Below, piece after piece: positions 63,698-64,000 of a stretch of DNA of 64,000 bases. Within the stretch, counting starts at the first letter, position 1. Each line of letters opens with the position of its first letter. The notes under the pieces were generated by a model. That model was given only the letters and a program-made list of their open reading frames with translations, had not been told where the DNA came from and searched no databases. The stretch spans positions 43,057,084 to 43,121,083 of the forward strand of contig NC_057731.1 of assembly GCF_004010195.1 (NCBI RefSeq), written 5' to 3'. The position numbers and the translations under genes were made by a program. Source of the DNA: Chiloscyllium plagiosum (lineage: Eukaryota).

Positions 63698-64000
63698 TGA
63701 GCTTGTGGCGCAAATCAAAATTGGTAGATGTGACGTGATGGGCATCACAGGGATGTGGCTGCAAGGGGATCAGGACTGGGAGCTGAATATTCAAGGATAT
63801 ATATCCTATCAAAAAATAAGCAGATGGGCACCTTATTAGTAAGAAGTGAAATTAAATCAATAGTAAGTAACAAAGTAGGGTCAGTTGGTATAGAATCTGT
63901 GTGGGTAGAATTGAGGAATCACAAAGGTGAAAAATACCATAGTTGGAGTTTACCTACAGGCATCCAAACAGCAGTCAGGAGCTGGGGCACAAGATATACA
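63605..64000 (+). mobile_element. CR1 LINE ORF2 N-terminus (APE-like endonuclease), runs off the window
   Basis: LKVLYLNARRIRSKVNEL..DVMGITGMWL..WELNIQGY and IESVWVELRNHKG. Confidence 0.85.

Overview
Vertebrate genomic DNA, most likely a cartilaginous fish (shark), inferred from HE1/V-SINE-like and Deu-domain SINEs and dense CR1 LINEs. The window holds the middle of one minus-strand protein-coding gene, SLK (STE20-like kinase). Eleven consecutive GT-AG exons, equivalent to human exons 2-12 (43564 down to 3053), splice in phase to 2490 nt / 830 codons. They cover most of the kinase domain, the acidic linker and the start of the coiled-coil region. Exon 1 and exons 13 onward were not found in the window. 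The introns are mostly transposon debris: CR1 LINEs, an RTE fragment, SINEs, Tc1/mariner-type elements, probable solo LTRs, a Harbinger-like Myb relic and Penelope-like elements (PLEs). There is one 932-N assembly gap. The most striking feature is about 15 short PLE-derived elements carrying minimal type I hammerhead ribozyme motifs (CTGAnGA-N-stemII-GAAA-palindrome-NUH). Many are head-to-head palindromes, several have 9-15 bp target-site duplications, and several motifs lie in the sense orientation of the SLK pre-mRNA. Repeat family names and boundaries come from motif recognition by eye, not database searches.
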